Of a stretch of DNA of 31,613 nucleotides, positions 6,559 through 14,951 are shown one piece after another. Numbering within the stretch: position 1 is the stretch's first letter; every line of letters begins with the position of its first letter. Source of the stretch: a virus (taxonomy: Duplodnaviria; Caudoviricetes); the IMG/VR virus record IMGVR_UViG_3300036987_000210, positions 1 through 31,613 of that record, one strand, 5' to 3'. The notes under the pieces were generated by a model. That model worked only from the letters and a program-made list of their open reading frames with translations, searched no databases and was not told where the DNA came from. The position numbers and the translations under genes are program-made.

Positions 6559-7790
6559 CCGAACACTCTCATATCGCCGAATCCCTGCGACCGCTTGCCG
6601 TGCCGATCGCTGACCTGCACGAAGATCCCGCCAATGCCCGCATTGGTCATGACGTGGCAGGCATTCAAGCATCCCTACAAGCCTACGGGCAGCGCAAGCC
6701 CATCGTGGTCAACCGCCTGCAGAACAACAAGATCGAAGCAGGCAACGGCACTTATCGCGCTGCCAAGGAACTCGGCTGGAGTCATATTGCCGTGGTCTTC
6801 GTCGAGGATGACCCCGCCACTGCGGCGAGCTTTGGCATTGCCGATAACCGCTTGGGCGACCTTAGCGAATGGGACGTGGATGTGCTGCGCGAGATCACCC
6901 AGACCACCGGCGACCTCTTCACCGGTTTTACCCCCGCAGACTTGGACGACCTGGTAGGCGTTTCTACAGCAACAGAGGCACCCCAGGCAACCGTGGATGA
7001 CCCGGGAGGGCAACCAGACAAAGCCGAGGAGCTGCAAGCCAAGTGGCAGGTGCAGCCCGGGCAGGTGTACCAACTTGGCAAGCATCGCCTCATGTGCGGC
7101 GATTCCACCCAGCGTGGCGACGTCGAGCGGCTCATGGCCGGTGAACTGGCAAAGTTGATCTGGACCGACGCACCGTGGAATGTGAACTATGGTGGCGGCG
7201 AGCATCCCACCTACAAAAAACGCACGATCAACAACGACAACCTCGGTGAAAAATTCGCCATCTTCGTCGAACTCTTCGTCACACAACTCTGGCGCTTCAG
7301 CGTACCCGGCGCCATTCTGTATGCCGTCATGGGCGGTGAAGAGTGGCCGCTGATCGATAGCGAGCTGCGCAAGATCGGCTTTCACTGGTCGAGCACCATC
7401 GTATGGGTCAAAGACCAAATGGTCTTGTCACGCAAGGATTATCACGCCCAGTACGAACCCATCTGGTATGGCTGGAAGAACGACGCGCCAAGAGTCTGCG
7501 AGGTCCCCGACCGCAAGCAATCCGATGTATGGATGATCGACCGACCGCGCAAGAGCGCAGAGCATCCGACCATGAAGCCAGTGGAACTGGTGGAGCGTTC
7601 GCTTCTCAACTCATCCAAGCCTGGGGATATAGTCCTCGACCTTTTCTCAGGCTCAGGCACCACACTGGCAGCCTGCGAACGCACAAGTAGAGTCTGCTAC
7701 GCAATGGACAACGACCCGAAATATATCGCCGTGGGGCTGGAACGCTGGACCCAAATGACAGGGCAGCAGCCAGTATTGGAGGTACTGTGA
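6555..7790 (+). CDS. ParB-like domain + beta-class DNA methyltransferase (DAPW variant of DPPY/W)
   Basis: ParB N-terminus; HRLMCGDS; TDAPWNV; HPTMKP; DLFSGSGTT. Confidence 0.9.
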   Translation: MTEHSHIAESLRPLAVPIADLHEDPANARIGHDVAGIQASLQAYGQRKPIVVNRLQNNKIEAGNGTYRAAKELGWSHIAVVFVEDDPATAASFGIADNRLGDLSEWDVDVLREITQTTGDLFTGFTPADLDDLVGVSTATEAPQATVDDPGGQPDKAEELQAKWQVQPGQVYQLGKHRLMCGDSTQRGDVERLMAGELAKLIWTDAPWNVNYGGGEHPTYKKRTINNDNLGEKFAIFVELFVTQLWRFSVPGAILYAVMGGEEWPLIDSELRKIGFHWSSTIVWVKDQMVLSRKDYHAQYEPIWYGWKNDAPRVCEVPDRKQSDVWMIDRPRKSAEHPTMKPVELVERSLLNSSKPGDIVLDLFSGSGTTLAACERTSRVCYAMDNDPKYIAVGLERWTQMTGQQPVLEVL

Positions 7791-8272
7791 CAACAAGGGG
7801 CAGAAAACCGAAACCAACCGAAACAAAAAAATTAGCAGGTAATCCTGGGAAACGAAAGATCAACGAACAGGAACCAAAGCCAGATGTCGTCATTCCTGCA
7901 GCTCCCGATCATCTGGATGGACCCGCTCTGGAAGAGTGGTATCGCATTACGGAAGAACTGAAAAAACTCCGAATGATCACGGCGATAGACCGTGCCGTGC
8001 TAATCACGTATTGCCAAGCATGGGGCGATTACATCAAAGCATGTGATGAAGTCGAAAAAGAGGGTGAAGTCTTGTTCTCGGATAAAGGCAACGCCTACCA
8101 AAACCCGTGGACGGGTATCAAGACCAGCGCAATGGATAGAATGCTGCGCATCTCTGCAGAGTTTGGCATGACGCCATCGAGCAGATCCCGATTGAAAGTT
8201 GAGATGCCAACCGAGGAAGACGAAATGAAAGGCATGCTAATGCGTACCAGAGAAAAAGGAACCAAGCGGTGA
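7787..8272 (+). CDS. terS: Terminase small subunit, P27 family (copy 2)
   Basis: GRKPKPTETKKLAGNPGKR, QNPW, EFGMTPSSRSR; GTGA overlap. Confidence 0.92.
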   Translation: MTTRGRKPKPTETKKLAGNPGKRKINEQEPKPDVVIPAAPDHLDGPALEEWYRITEELKKLRMITAIDRAVLITYCQAWGDYIKACDEVEKEGEVLFSDKGNAYQNPWTGIKTSAMDRMLRISAEFGMTPSSRSRLKVEMPTEEDEMKGMLMRTREKGTKR

Positions 8273-8273
8273 A

Positions 8274-9998
8274 ATGGCACGACCACGGAAGGTACATCTT
8301 CACCCCGCCGAACAATACGCACGGGATGTCATCGATGGCAAGATCGTAGCCTGCAAATGGGTGAGGCTTGCCTGTGAACGCCACTTTCACGACCTGGAAC
8401 ATGGGCATGAACGCGGGCTATATTTTGACGTAGAAGCTGCAGAGCGTGTCCTGCAATTCAAGGGCATGCTGAAGCACTCAAAGGGGAAATGGGCGGGCGA
8501 AAATCTTATCCTTGAACCGTGGCAGCAATTCCGCACCTGGTGTATGTATGGCTGGATGCGGGAGGATGGCACGCGCCGCTTCCGATCTGCTTATATCGAA
8601 GTTGCACGTAAAAATGGCAAGAGTACCGATGGTGCAAGTGATGGTTTGTATTTGGCTTTTGCAGATGGCGAACCCGGCGCCGAAGTCTACAGCGCAGCTA
8701 CCAAGCGAGACCAGGCCCGCATTGTGCATCAGGAAGCCATACGCATGGTGCGCAAGAACAAGACCCTGAAAAAATACATCAAAATTTATAAAGACAATCT
8801 CAGCCTCGAAGATACGGCCAGTAAATACGAGCCGCTGGGTGGTGACTCGGATAGCATGGATGGTTTGAACGTGCATGGCGCTATTATCGACGAACTCCAT
8901 GCCCATAAAAACCGCGATACACTCGAATTACTTGAAACTGCTACTGGTGCCCGTGAACAGCCGATGATTGAAATGATCACCACGGCGGGCGAGAACCGCA
9001 AGAGCGTCTGTTACGAAAAGCATGAATACACCCGCAAGGTTCTTCAGGGTTGGAAGGATGGCAGCTATATTGATGACACATGGTTCGGCTTGATCTATTC
9101 ACTAGACGATGAGGATAGGGATAATTGGCAGGACGAGTCATTGTGGATCAAAGCCAACCCCAACCTCGGAGTATCCAAATCCCTCGAAGACCTGCGCATG
9201 AAAGCCCAGCGAGCTTCACAGATGGCTGCTGCGCTCAATAACTTCCTGCGCCGCGAACTCAACGTTTGGGTGACAGGCGCCGTCAAGTGGACGAACATGG
9301 AACAGTGGCGCAAATGTGGAAAGAATGATCCCATTCCTGCACTTGAAAAACCAATCAAGCTAAAAAAGCGGGCGTCATTTGGCGGTCTTGATCTATCGAG
9401 CGTTTCAGATATTACAGCATTCGTGATGGCATTCCCTGCACCGGATGAGTACTTTGACATTGTCTGTCGTTTTTGGATACCCGAGGATACACTCGATGTG
9501 GTGCCAAATTACCGCTCTTCGGACGATGCCAGGATGATCAAGCAATGGGCAAAAGAAGGATACATCGAAACCACACCTGGCAACCATATCGACCACGATT
9601 TTATTTATGCGCGACTGACGGAAGATGCCAGCAACTTCATGATCAAGCAAGTCGCCTTTGACCGGTGGGGCGCATCCAGCGTCACCCAAACGTTGGAGAA
9701 GATGGGCATGAAGATGGTGGAGTTCGGGCAAGGCTATCGCAGTATGAATCCACCCATGAAGGAACTCGAACGCCTCATCCTAAGTGGCAAGATCCGCCAC
9801 GGAAATCACCCAGTACTTACGTGGATGATGGATAACCTCATCGCACATTTGGACCCTGCAGGAAATATGAAACCAGACAAAGAAAAGAGTCGCGACAAGA
9901 TCGATGGTACAGTAGCGCTCATCATGGCGCTCGACCTGGCGCTGCGCAATCCGGTCAACGATCTGAACGGCGTTCTCTCTGAAGATTGGGGCATGTAA
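8274..9998 (+). CDS. terL: Terminase large subunit (Terminase_1/HK97-like)
   Basis: LEPWQ, Walker A VARKNGKS, IIDELH, GGLDLS, KIDGTVALIMA. Confidence 0.97.
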   Translation: MARPRKVHLHPAEQYARDVIDGKIVACKWVRLACERHFHDLEHGHERGLYFDVEAAERVLQFKGMLKHSKGKWAGENLILEPWQQFRTWCMYGWMREDGTRRFRSAYIEVARKNGKSTDGASDGLYLAFADGEPGAEVYSAATKRDQARIVHQEAIRMVRKNKTLKKYIKIYKDNLSLEDTASKYEPLGGDSDSMDGLNVHGAIIDELHAHKNRDTLELLETATGAREQPMIEMITTAGENRKSVCYEKHEYTRKVLQGWKDGSYIDDTWFGLIYSLDDEDRDNWQDESLWIKANPNLGVSKSLEDLRMKAQRASQMAAALNNFLRRELNVWVTGAVKWTNMEQWRKCGKNDPIPALEKPIKLKKRASFGGLDLSSVSDITAFVMAFPAPDEYFDIVCRFWIPEDTLDVVPNYRSSDDARMIKQWAKEGYIETTPGNHIDHDFIYARLTEDASNFMIKQVAFDRWGASSVTQTLEKMGMKMVEFGQGYRSMNPPMKELERLILSGKIRHGNHPVLTWMMDNLIAHLDPAGNMKPDKEKSRDKIDGTVALIMALDLALRNPVNDLNGVLSEDWGM

Positions 9999-10001
9999 TT
10001 C

Positions 10002-10031
10002 CTTGACTTCCCCGGGCTTCGGCGGCGTAAT
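10002..10031 (+). promoter_or_regulatory. Promoter TTGACT-N17-CGTAAT (copy A2)
   Basis: CTTGACTTCCCCGGGCTTCGGCGGCGTAAT, 25/30 identical to 76-105. Confidence 0.7.
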
Positions 10032-10037
10032 AGGGGC

Positions 10038-10265
10038 ATGGAGATCAACATGAACACACAAACAGCACTGGAAGCATATGAAGAGAAACAGGCAGAGATC
10101 AAAAAACTGCTCGCACAGATCGCAGCAGGGATGGAAAAGCACGACCGCAACGCCAGCAGCCAAGGCGGCCACAACTGGGGGCATGTAGGTGACCTGAACC
10201 AGATGGTGGTGGAACTAAACGACATACGCGACCGGCTGCACAGTACTGGTGAATACAAAAAATAG
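10038..10265 (+). CDS. Small helical phage protein with NWGHVG motif (moron-like; start 10038 leaderless or 10050)
   Basis: Own promoter; ALEAY..KQAEI...NWGHVGDL resembles small prophage proteins found near terminase/methylase genes. Confidence 0.8.
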   Translation: MEINMNTQTALEAYEEKQAEIKKLLAQIAAGMEKHDRNASSQGGHNWGHVGDLNQMVVELNDIRDRLHSTGEYKK

Positions 10266-10269
10266 GGTC

Positions 10270-10298
10270 TTGACAAAATAGAACGTATATTCTAAAAT
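10270..10298 (+). promoter_or_regulatory. Sigma70-type promoter TTGACA-N17-TAAAAT with SOS-box-like operator TAGAAC-GTAT-ATTCTA
   Basis: Near-consensus hexamers; imperfect palindrome 10279-10294 overlaps the spacer and -10. Confidence 0.7.
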
Positions 10299-10303
10299 AA
10301 ACA

Positions 10304-10350
10304 TCGACAAGCACTAGGGTGCCCCCCTCACCCTGGTGTTTGTCATTTAA
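10304..10350 (+). ncRNA. Candidate small RNA: 16-bp stem with C-rich loop
   Basis: GACAAGCACTAGGGTG-CCCCCCT-CACCCTGGTGTTTGTC (10306-10344) begins about 7 nt after the -10; no ORF. Confidence 0.4.
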
Positions 10351-10355
10351 TACTG

Positions 10356-10383
10356 TTGACAATTCAGGCCGGACGACTATAAT
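10356..10383 (+). promoter_or_regulatory. Promoter TTGACA-N16-TATAAT for the lysis/structural operon; second TAGAAC-N4-ATTC box at 10384-10397
   Basis: Consensus hexamers read directly. Confidence 0.75.
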
Positions 10384-10399
10384 TAGAACAGAAATTCAG

Positions 10400-10503
10400 A
10401 ATTGAATATATGGCAGTCGGGGCTGGTCCCTGACAAAAAAGCACCACTGGACTGATAGCCGCCCAGCAAAATCTCGAAAGAGATTTGCTGGGCGGCTTTT
10501 TTA
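10400..10503 (+). promoter_or_regulatory. Late leader 2: AATTGAATA box, GCAGTC hairpin, terminator (10457-10503)
   Basis: GTCGGGG-CTGGT-CCCTGAC hairpin; AGCCGCCCAGCAAA...TTTGCTGGGCGGCT then T-tract. Confidence 0.7.
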
Positions 10504-10509
10504 TTACCT

Positions 10510-11343
10510 ATGAGTCAATTACCTACCTACCCAACCACACCCACCGCTTACGTCTTCCAGAAATTTGCGAACATCAACTTCAAGATGTATGGCAAGACTG
10601 ATGGAAAGCACATGGGCATTGATATCGGCGTTGTCAGCGGTCAACCGGGCGCGCCGATTTATGCTGCCTATGAGGGATTGGTCACGTATGCAGGATGGTC
10701 CGAACAAGGCGGATATGGTCGCAGAGTCGTCATCGAGCATGAAGGCGGTCAATATCAAACACTTTATGCACATCTTCAAAAGGTGATGATCAATGCAGGG
10801 GAGCGTGTTGAGACCGGTCAGCAGATCGGCACAATGGGTGGCAATATCGAAGACAAGAATCGCGGCGCTAGTGGTGGCACGCATCTGCATTTTGAAGTCA
10901 TCCTGCGCGATCCTGTACCAGGCTCTATTCGCACATCACGCGGCTACTGCGTGGACCCGATCCCCTATCTCATGCAGCGTTATTTTCCCGCACCGGTCAA
11001 TGCCATCCAAGTGACCAGCGTCAAAGGGTTGCGGGTGCGCTCGAAGCCCAGTGTGATCAGCGAGAGCGTTCACAACTTGTTCTTGAAGGACGTGGTCAAC
11101 GTGATGCAAGTCTTTGAGGACTGGGGGAATGAGCAATGGGTGCGGCTTTGGAGTCTACGTGAAGAATACTCCGCTCTCAAATACAACAACCAGGTAAATG
11201 CCGTGCTTGTTGCTGCGGAAACGGTTGCGGTATCTCCAGTGACAACCCCTGCTAAACCTTCTGTGGACCGGTATGAAGAAGGTTTCAATGCAGCCGCTGG
11301 AAAAATAAAATCTTATTTAGAGGGATTGAAACCAAATGACTGA
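10510..11343 (+). CDS. M23 family peptidase, probable endolysin, with SH3-like C-terminal region
   Basis: HMGID, YAHL, HLHFEV; GLRVRSKPS. Confidence 0.9.
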   Translation: MSQLPTYPTTPTAYVFQKFANINFKMYGKTDGKHMGIDIGVVSGQPGAPIYAAYEGLVTYAGWSEQGGYGRRVVIEHEGGQYQTLYAHLQKVMINAGERVETGQQIGTMGGNIEDKNRGASGGTHLHFEVILRDPVPGSIRTSRGYCVDPIPYLMQRYFPAPVNAIQVTSVKGLRVRSKPSVISESVHNLFLKDVVNVMQVFEDWGNEQWVRLWSLREEYSALKYNNQVNAVLVAAETVAVSPVTTPAKPSVDRYEEGFNAAAGKIKSYLEGLKPND

Positions 11344-11632
11344 TCTAACTGCCGTCATCATTACTGCTATTGTTTCGCCCGTTATGCTCAAGGTTCTTGA
11401 ATACCTGTTCTCGAAATCGAGCGAACAAACACGCAGCGTGAACCAAAAGATCGAAGGTCTCGAAAAGCGTGTGGATGAATTGAAGGATAAAAACTTCCAG
11501 CAATCCCTCGAGATTGCTGTGCTGAGAGCTCAACTTTTGGACCGTGACCGGCAAATGACAGATCGCGACAAGCTGATCGCGGAACTAAAGAAAGAGATTG
11601 AAGATTTGCGAGATAAGCAGGAAACGCAATGA
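11336..11632 (+). CDS. Single-TM coiled-coil protein (holin/lysis accessory-like)
   Basis: N-terminal hydrophobic helix plus heptad coiled coil; overlaps endolysin end. Confidence 0.65.
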   Translation: MTDLTAVIITAIVSPVMLKVLEYLFSKSSEQTRSVNQKIEGLEKRVDELKDKNFQQSLEIAVLRAQLLDRDRQMTDRDKLIAELKKEIEDLRDKQETQ

Positions 11633-12183
11633 TTAAGTTATCCAGCTTTCGCGACAAACATGCTGGAAAACCTGCTGCCATTCTTGGCGGTGGACCCAGC
11701 CTGGTGGAAGACATCAAGCGCGTGCCTCGTGATGCAATCATGATCGCTGTCAACTATCACGGCTTTTATCACTGCCCGCCCGATCATCCACCCATGTATA
11801 TGGTCTACAACGACCGGCCGGGGACAAACCCCTTGCAGGTGCTGGCAGTGCAAGAACACAAAGCGATACACGTCAGCCCCGAACCATCCAGTGATGTGGA
11901 GTTCGATGTCCCTGACGTATGGACTGGATTTTTCTCGAGCAATACAGCGGCATGGTTCGCGCTGTGGATGGGCTGTGACCCTGTCATTCTCTGCGGGATG
12001 GATTGCTACCAAGGACCCGTCAAGCACTGCCCGCCATCGACCTATCACTCGGAGATGTTCGAATTTCCGCTTGATTTCTATACCCGCCCTTGGCGTGAAG
12101 ACTGCAAGAACAGCGTGCCACACCCCGAACGCCTGAAAGCCATGAGTGGGCCGCTGGTCGAAATCTTCGGAGCCTACGCGTGA
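11629..12183 (+). CDS. DUF115/MAF/MptE-like nucleotide-binding protein, possible glycosyltransferase
   Basis: AAILGGGPSL, IAVN, A..MGCDPVILCGMDC motifs. Confidence 0.6.
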   Translation: MIKLSSFRDKHAGKPAAILGGGPSLVEDIKRVPRDAIMIAVNYHGFYHCPPDHPPMYMVYNDRPGTNPLQVLAVQEHKAIHVSPEPSSDVEFDVPDVWTGFFSSNTAAWFALWMGCDPVILCGMDCYQGPVKHCPPSTYHSEMFEFPLDFYTRPWREDCKNSVPHPERLKAMSGPLVEIFGAYA

Positions 12184-12362
12184 AGTTCGATCTGTCAGAT
12201 TGGCTGCTCTTACTGGGTGCCGCATGCATTGTCTGCGGAGTCGCGCAGATCAATATCCCTGCAGCATGGATCACGGCAGGAATACTGCTAATCGCCTTCG
12301 CCTTTTTGATTGCCAAGGAAGTTAATAATGCCTCTTCTACAGAGTCTCACCAAGAACAATAA
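12180..12362 (+). CDS. Small 2-TM membrane protein preceding the portal
   Basis: 60 aa, hydrophobic; common at this position in HK97-like head modules. Confidence 0.7.
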   Translation: MKFDLSDWLLLLGAACIVCGVAQINIPAAWITAGILLIAFAFLIAKEVNNASSTESHQEQ

Positions 12363-13560
12363 GCCTGTCCAAGTGGACACGCGCAACAGCCCAACCACAG
12401 GGTGGGAACCCTCGATGGGGCGCAAGACGCAATCAGGCGAGACTGTGTCGGTATTTGCGTCACAGTGCATTGCTACCGCCTACCGTGCCAAGAACATCAT
12501 CTCTGATGCGGTTGCGATCATGCCGTTCAAGATGTACGAGCGTAAAGCGGACGGCTCGATTGCCAACGTTGAGCCTGATCCTGTCACTCGGAACATGCCG
12601 TATCTGATGCAGATCTCGCCCAACCTGTGGGGATGGACGCCCTCTCTGCTGAAGAAGGCTGCTACTGAATGGCTTCTTTTTCATGGCAACTCGTATCAAT
12701 GGAATCCGCCGAGTGCGCCTTCGCAGGTTTTTATTTTGCCCGCGAACAAGACCCGCCCTGTGTTCGATCTGGATGGCAACCTCTGGTATGAGCATCGTTT
12801 TTCCAGTTCGCCGAAACCTGTCTACATCCCTGGAGTCGAAATCCTGCATCTGCTGATCAACCCCGATGAGACCGGTTGGATGGGACGTGGCGTGGTGACT
12901 TTTGCACGCGAGACCTTCGGTCGCAGGATGGCTGCCAATAAGACTCAAGCCATGATGTATTCGCAGGGATTTATGCCTGCGGCAGTTATGAAGGTTGAAG
13001 GTGAAGCCTCGAAGGAGATTCGTGAAAAGATACGCTCTTCCTACGAAGAGGCAATGAGTGGATCTGATAATGCTTTTCGCCTTGCCATCCTGGATGACAA
13101 GATCAAAGAATATATCCCCGTGGAATTGCAAACCAAGGATTCGGACTGGTTGGAAAGTATCTCTGCCACCGATGATGACATCGCGCTCTTCTTCGGCTTG
13201 CCCGGCCACATGCTCAACAAGGGCAAGGAAGCCTACAACTCGAATGAGCAGAAGTATCAAGAATTTATTTCCCTCACGCTCGACCCGTTCCTTGTTCCGT
13301 GGGAAGAAGCTGCACGTGTGCGCTGGCTTCCTCGCGAACAGCAGACAAGCACCTATTTCAAATTCAAGCGTGAGGCGCTCTTACGCATGAATGCAAAGGA
13401 ACGCGCTGAGATCAACAGCATCAAAATCCAAAGCGGACAATCCACGCCGAATGAAGCCCGCGGCCAGAATGAAGAAAATCCTTATCCCGAAGGCGACCAG
13501 TTCTGGATGGCAAGCAATATCCAGCCGATCACCAAACAACAGACAGCTGTAGAGGAGTAA
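12328..13560 (+). CDS. Portal protein, HK97 family
   Basis: LLFHGNSY, EILHL, IALFFGLP, NSNEQ, TPNEAR..EE; ATG 12328 after AAGGA. Confidence 0.95.
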   Translation: MPLLQSLTKNNKPVQVDTRNSPTTGWEPSMGRKTQSGETVSVFASQCIATAYRAKNIISDAVAIMPFKMYERKADGSIANVEPDPVTRNMPYLMQISPNLWGWTPSLLKKAATEWLLFHGNSYQWNPPSAPSQVFILPANKTRPVFDLDGNLWYEHRFSSSPKPVYIPGVEILHLLINPDETGWMGRGVVTFARETFGRRMAANKTQAMMYSQGFMPAAVMKVEGEASKEIREKIRSSYEEAMSGSDNAFRLAILDDKIKEYIPVELQTKDSDWLESISATDDDIALFFGLPGHMLNKGKEAYNSNEQKYQEFISLTLDPFLVPWEEAARVRWLPREQQTSTYFKFKREALLRMNAKERAEINSIKIQSGQSTPNEARGQNEENPYPEGDQFWMASNIQPITKQQTAVEE

Positions 13561-13563
13561 CCA

Positions 13564-14565
13564 ATGCGTTCTTATATTTTGCAAGCCTTTACTGAAACAC
13601 CCTGGGCAATTCTGCCTGCCAAGCTGGCAATCTTGGAAGAGATCGTTTACCGCCATGTGAGTGGCGAAAAACTGACCGCAGAAGAAGTGCAGGTACGCAT
13701 CCACGGAGCTGCACGTCCTGCAGACCGAAACATGGTTTCAACAGACGCTCCCAAAATGGTGGCAATCCTGCCGCTGTTCGGCACGATCTTTCCGCGTGCA
13801 AACATGATGACCGACATCTCTGGCGCAACCAGTGCGTACCGCTTCGGCGCGAAGTTTTCTGCACTGGTAGATGATCCTGACATCGGCGCGATCGTGCTGG
13901 ATATCAACAGCCCAGGCGGTCAGGTCAACGGCATTGCTGATGTTGCCAACCGCATCTTCGAAGCACGTGGCAAAAAACCCGTTGTAGCCGTTTCAAATCA
14001 TTTGATGGCATCTGCCGCATATTGGATCGGGACTGCTGCCGATGAAGTCGTCGTCACGCCAGATGCAGAAGTTGGCTCGGTTGGAGTCTTTGCCGTGCAT
14101 CAGGATGTCAGCAAGAAACTCGAACAGGATGGCATCAAGGTCACCTTCATCAAAGAAGGCAAATACAAGACCGAAGGCAATCCGTATGAACCCCTCTCTG
14201 ATGAATCCCTCGCTTTTATTCAGGCTCGTGTGCGTGAGTCTTACGACAATTTTATTGATGCAGTTGCCCGCCATCGCGGCGTGAAGTCAGACGACGTCCG
14301 CAATGGATATGGTGAAGGACGTGTGATCGGCGCCCAACATGCCATTCGATTGGGCATGGCAGATCGCATTGAAACCCTCGACCAGACCGTGGAGCGTTTG
14401 TTCAATCAGATGAACAGCGCCTCCTACCCAGCACCAAGCGGACGGTCTGCTGAACAAGTGAATCTTACGCCTGGCGCGGAATCCAGCGATCCAGCCAAGG
14501 TGGAGGAAGAACGCCAGGCGCAGAGCCTGCGTGAACGTGTCCAACTTATATTGTTAAAGGAGTAA
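13564..14565 (+). CDS. S49/SppA-type head maturation protease
   Basis: LDINSPGG, MASAAYWI, VGSVGV, GKYKTEG. Confidence 0.92.
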   Translation: MRSYILQAFTETPWAILPAKLAILEEIVYRHVSGEKLTAEEVQVRIHGAARPADRNMVSTDAPKMVAILPLFGTIFPRANMMTDISGATSAYRFGAKFSALVDDPDIGAIVLDINSPGGQVNGIADVANRIFEARGKKPVVAVSNHLMASAAYWIGTAADEVVVTPDAEVGSVGVFAVHQDVSKKLEQDGIKVTFIKEGKYKTEGNPYEPLSDESLAFIQARVRESYDNFIDAVARHRGVKSDDVRNGYGEGRVIGAQHAIRLGMADRIETLDQTVERLFNQMNSASYPAPSGRSAEQVNLTPGAESSDPAKVEEERQAQSLRERVQLILLKE

Positions 14566-14568
14566 ATC

Positions 14569-14937
14569 ATGCTCGATTTGAAAGGTCCCCTTGATGTTAT
14601 GAACGCGGCGAAAGATGCCTGGCTGCAGAAAGCAGCTGAAATCAACGCCCTCTTGTCACTGGGTACTGAAGAAGCAACGCAACAAGCGCTGGCTCTGCAA
14701 GGAACGCTGGATCAATTGCAGGCCGACTATGAGGCGAAAAAAGCTTTGTACGACAAGCTCGTGCAGGCCAATTCACCCAGTAATGATGTTGCGAAACTCT
14801 TCGTTCCCGCATCCTCCACATCCCCGGACAATGCCGAAGAGGCAAAGCCCAAGGGCGTGATGAGTCGTGCTGAATACAACAAGCTCAGCCCGGCTGATCG
14901 TCTTGCCTTCGCCCAAAGCGGCGGCAAACTCCAATAA
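14569..14937 (+). CDS. Probable scaffolding protein
   Basis: N-terminal coiled coil; C-terminal MSRAEYNKLSPADRLAFAQSGGK; lies between protease and coat. Confidence 0.65.
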   Translation: MLDLKGPLDVMNAAKDAWLQKAAEINALLSLGTEEATQQALALQGTLDQLQADYEAKKALYDKLVQANSPSNDVAKLFVPASSTSPDNAEEAKPKGVMSRAEYNKLSPADRLAFAQSGGKLQ

Positions 14938-14951
14938 AAAGGAGATAACCA

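Noticed and set aside
5827-7418. Long antisense ORFs (232 and 247 aa) opposite the methyltransferases, and similar ones opposite portal, coat and tape measure
   Set aside because: Shadow ORFs of GC-rich coding strands; no motifs or SD
9965-9975. GAAC-GGC-GTTC as a third SOS box
   Set aside because: Spacer is 3 nt rather than 4, and it lies within terL coding sequence
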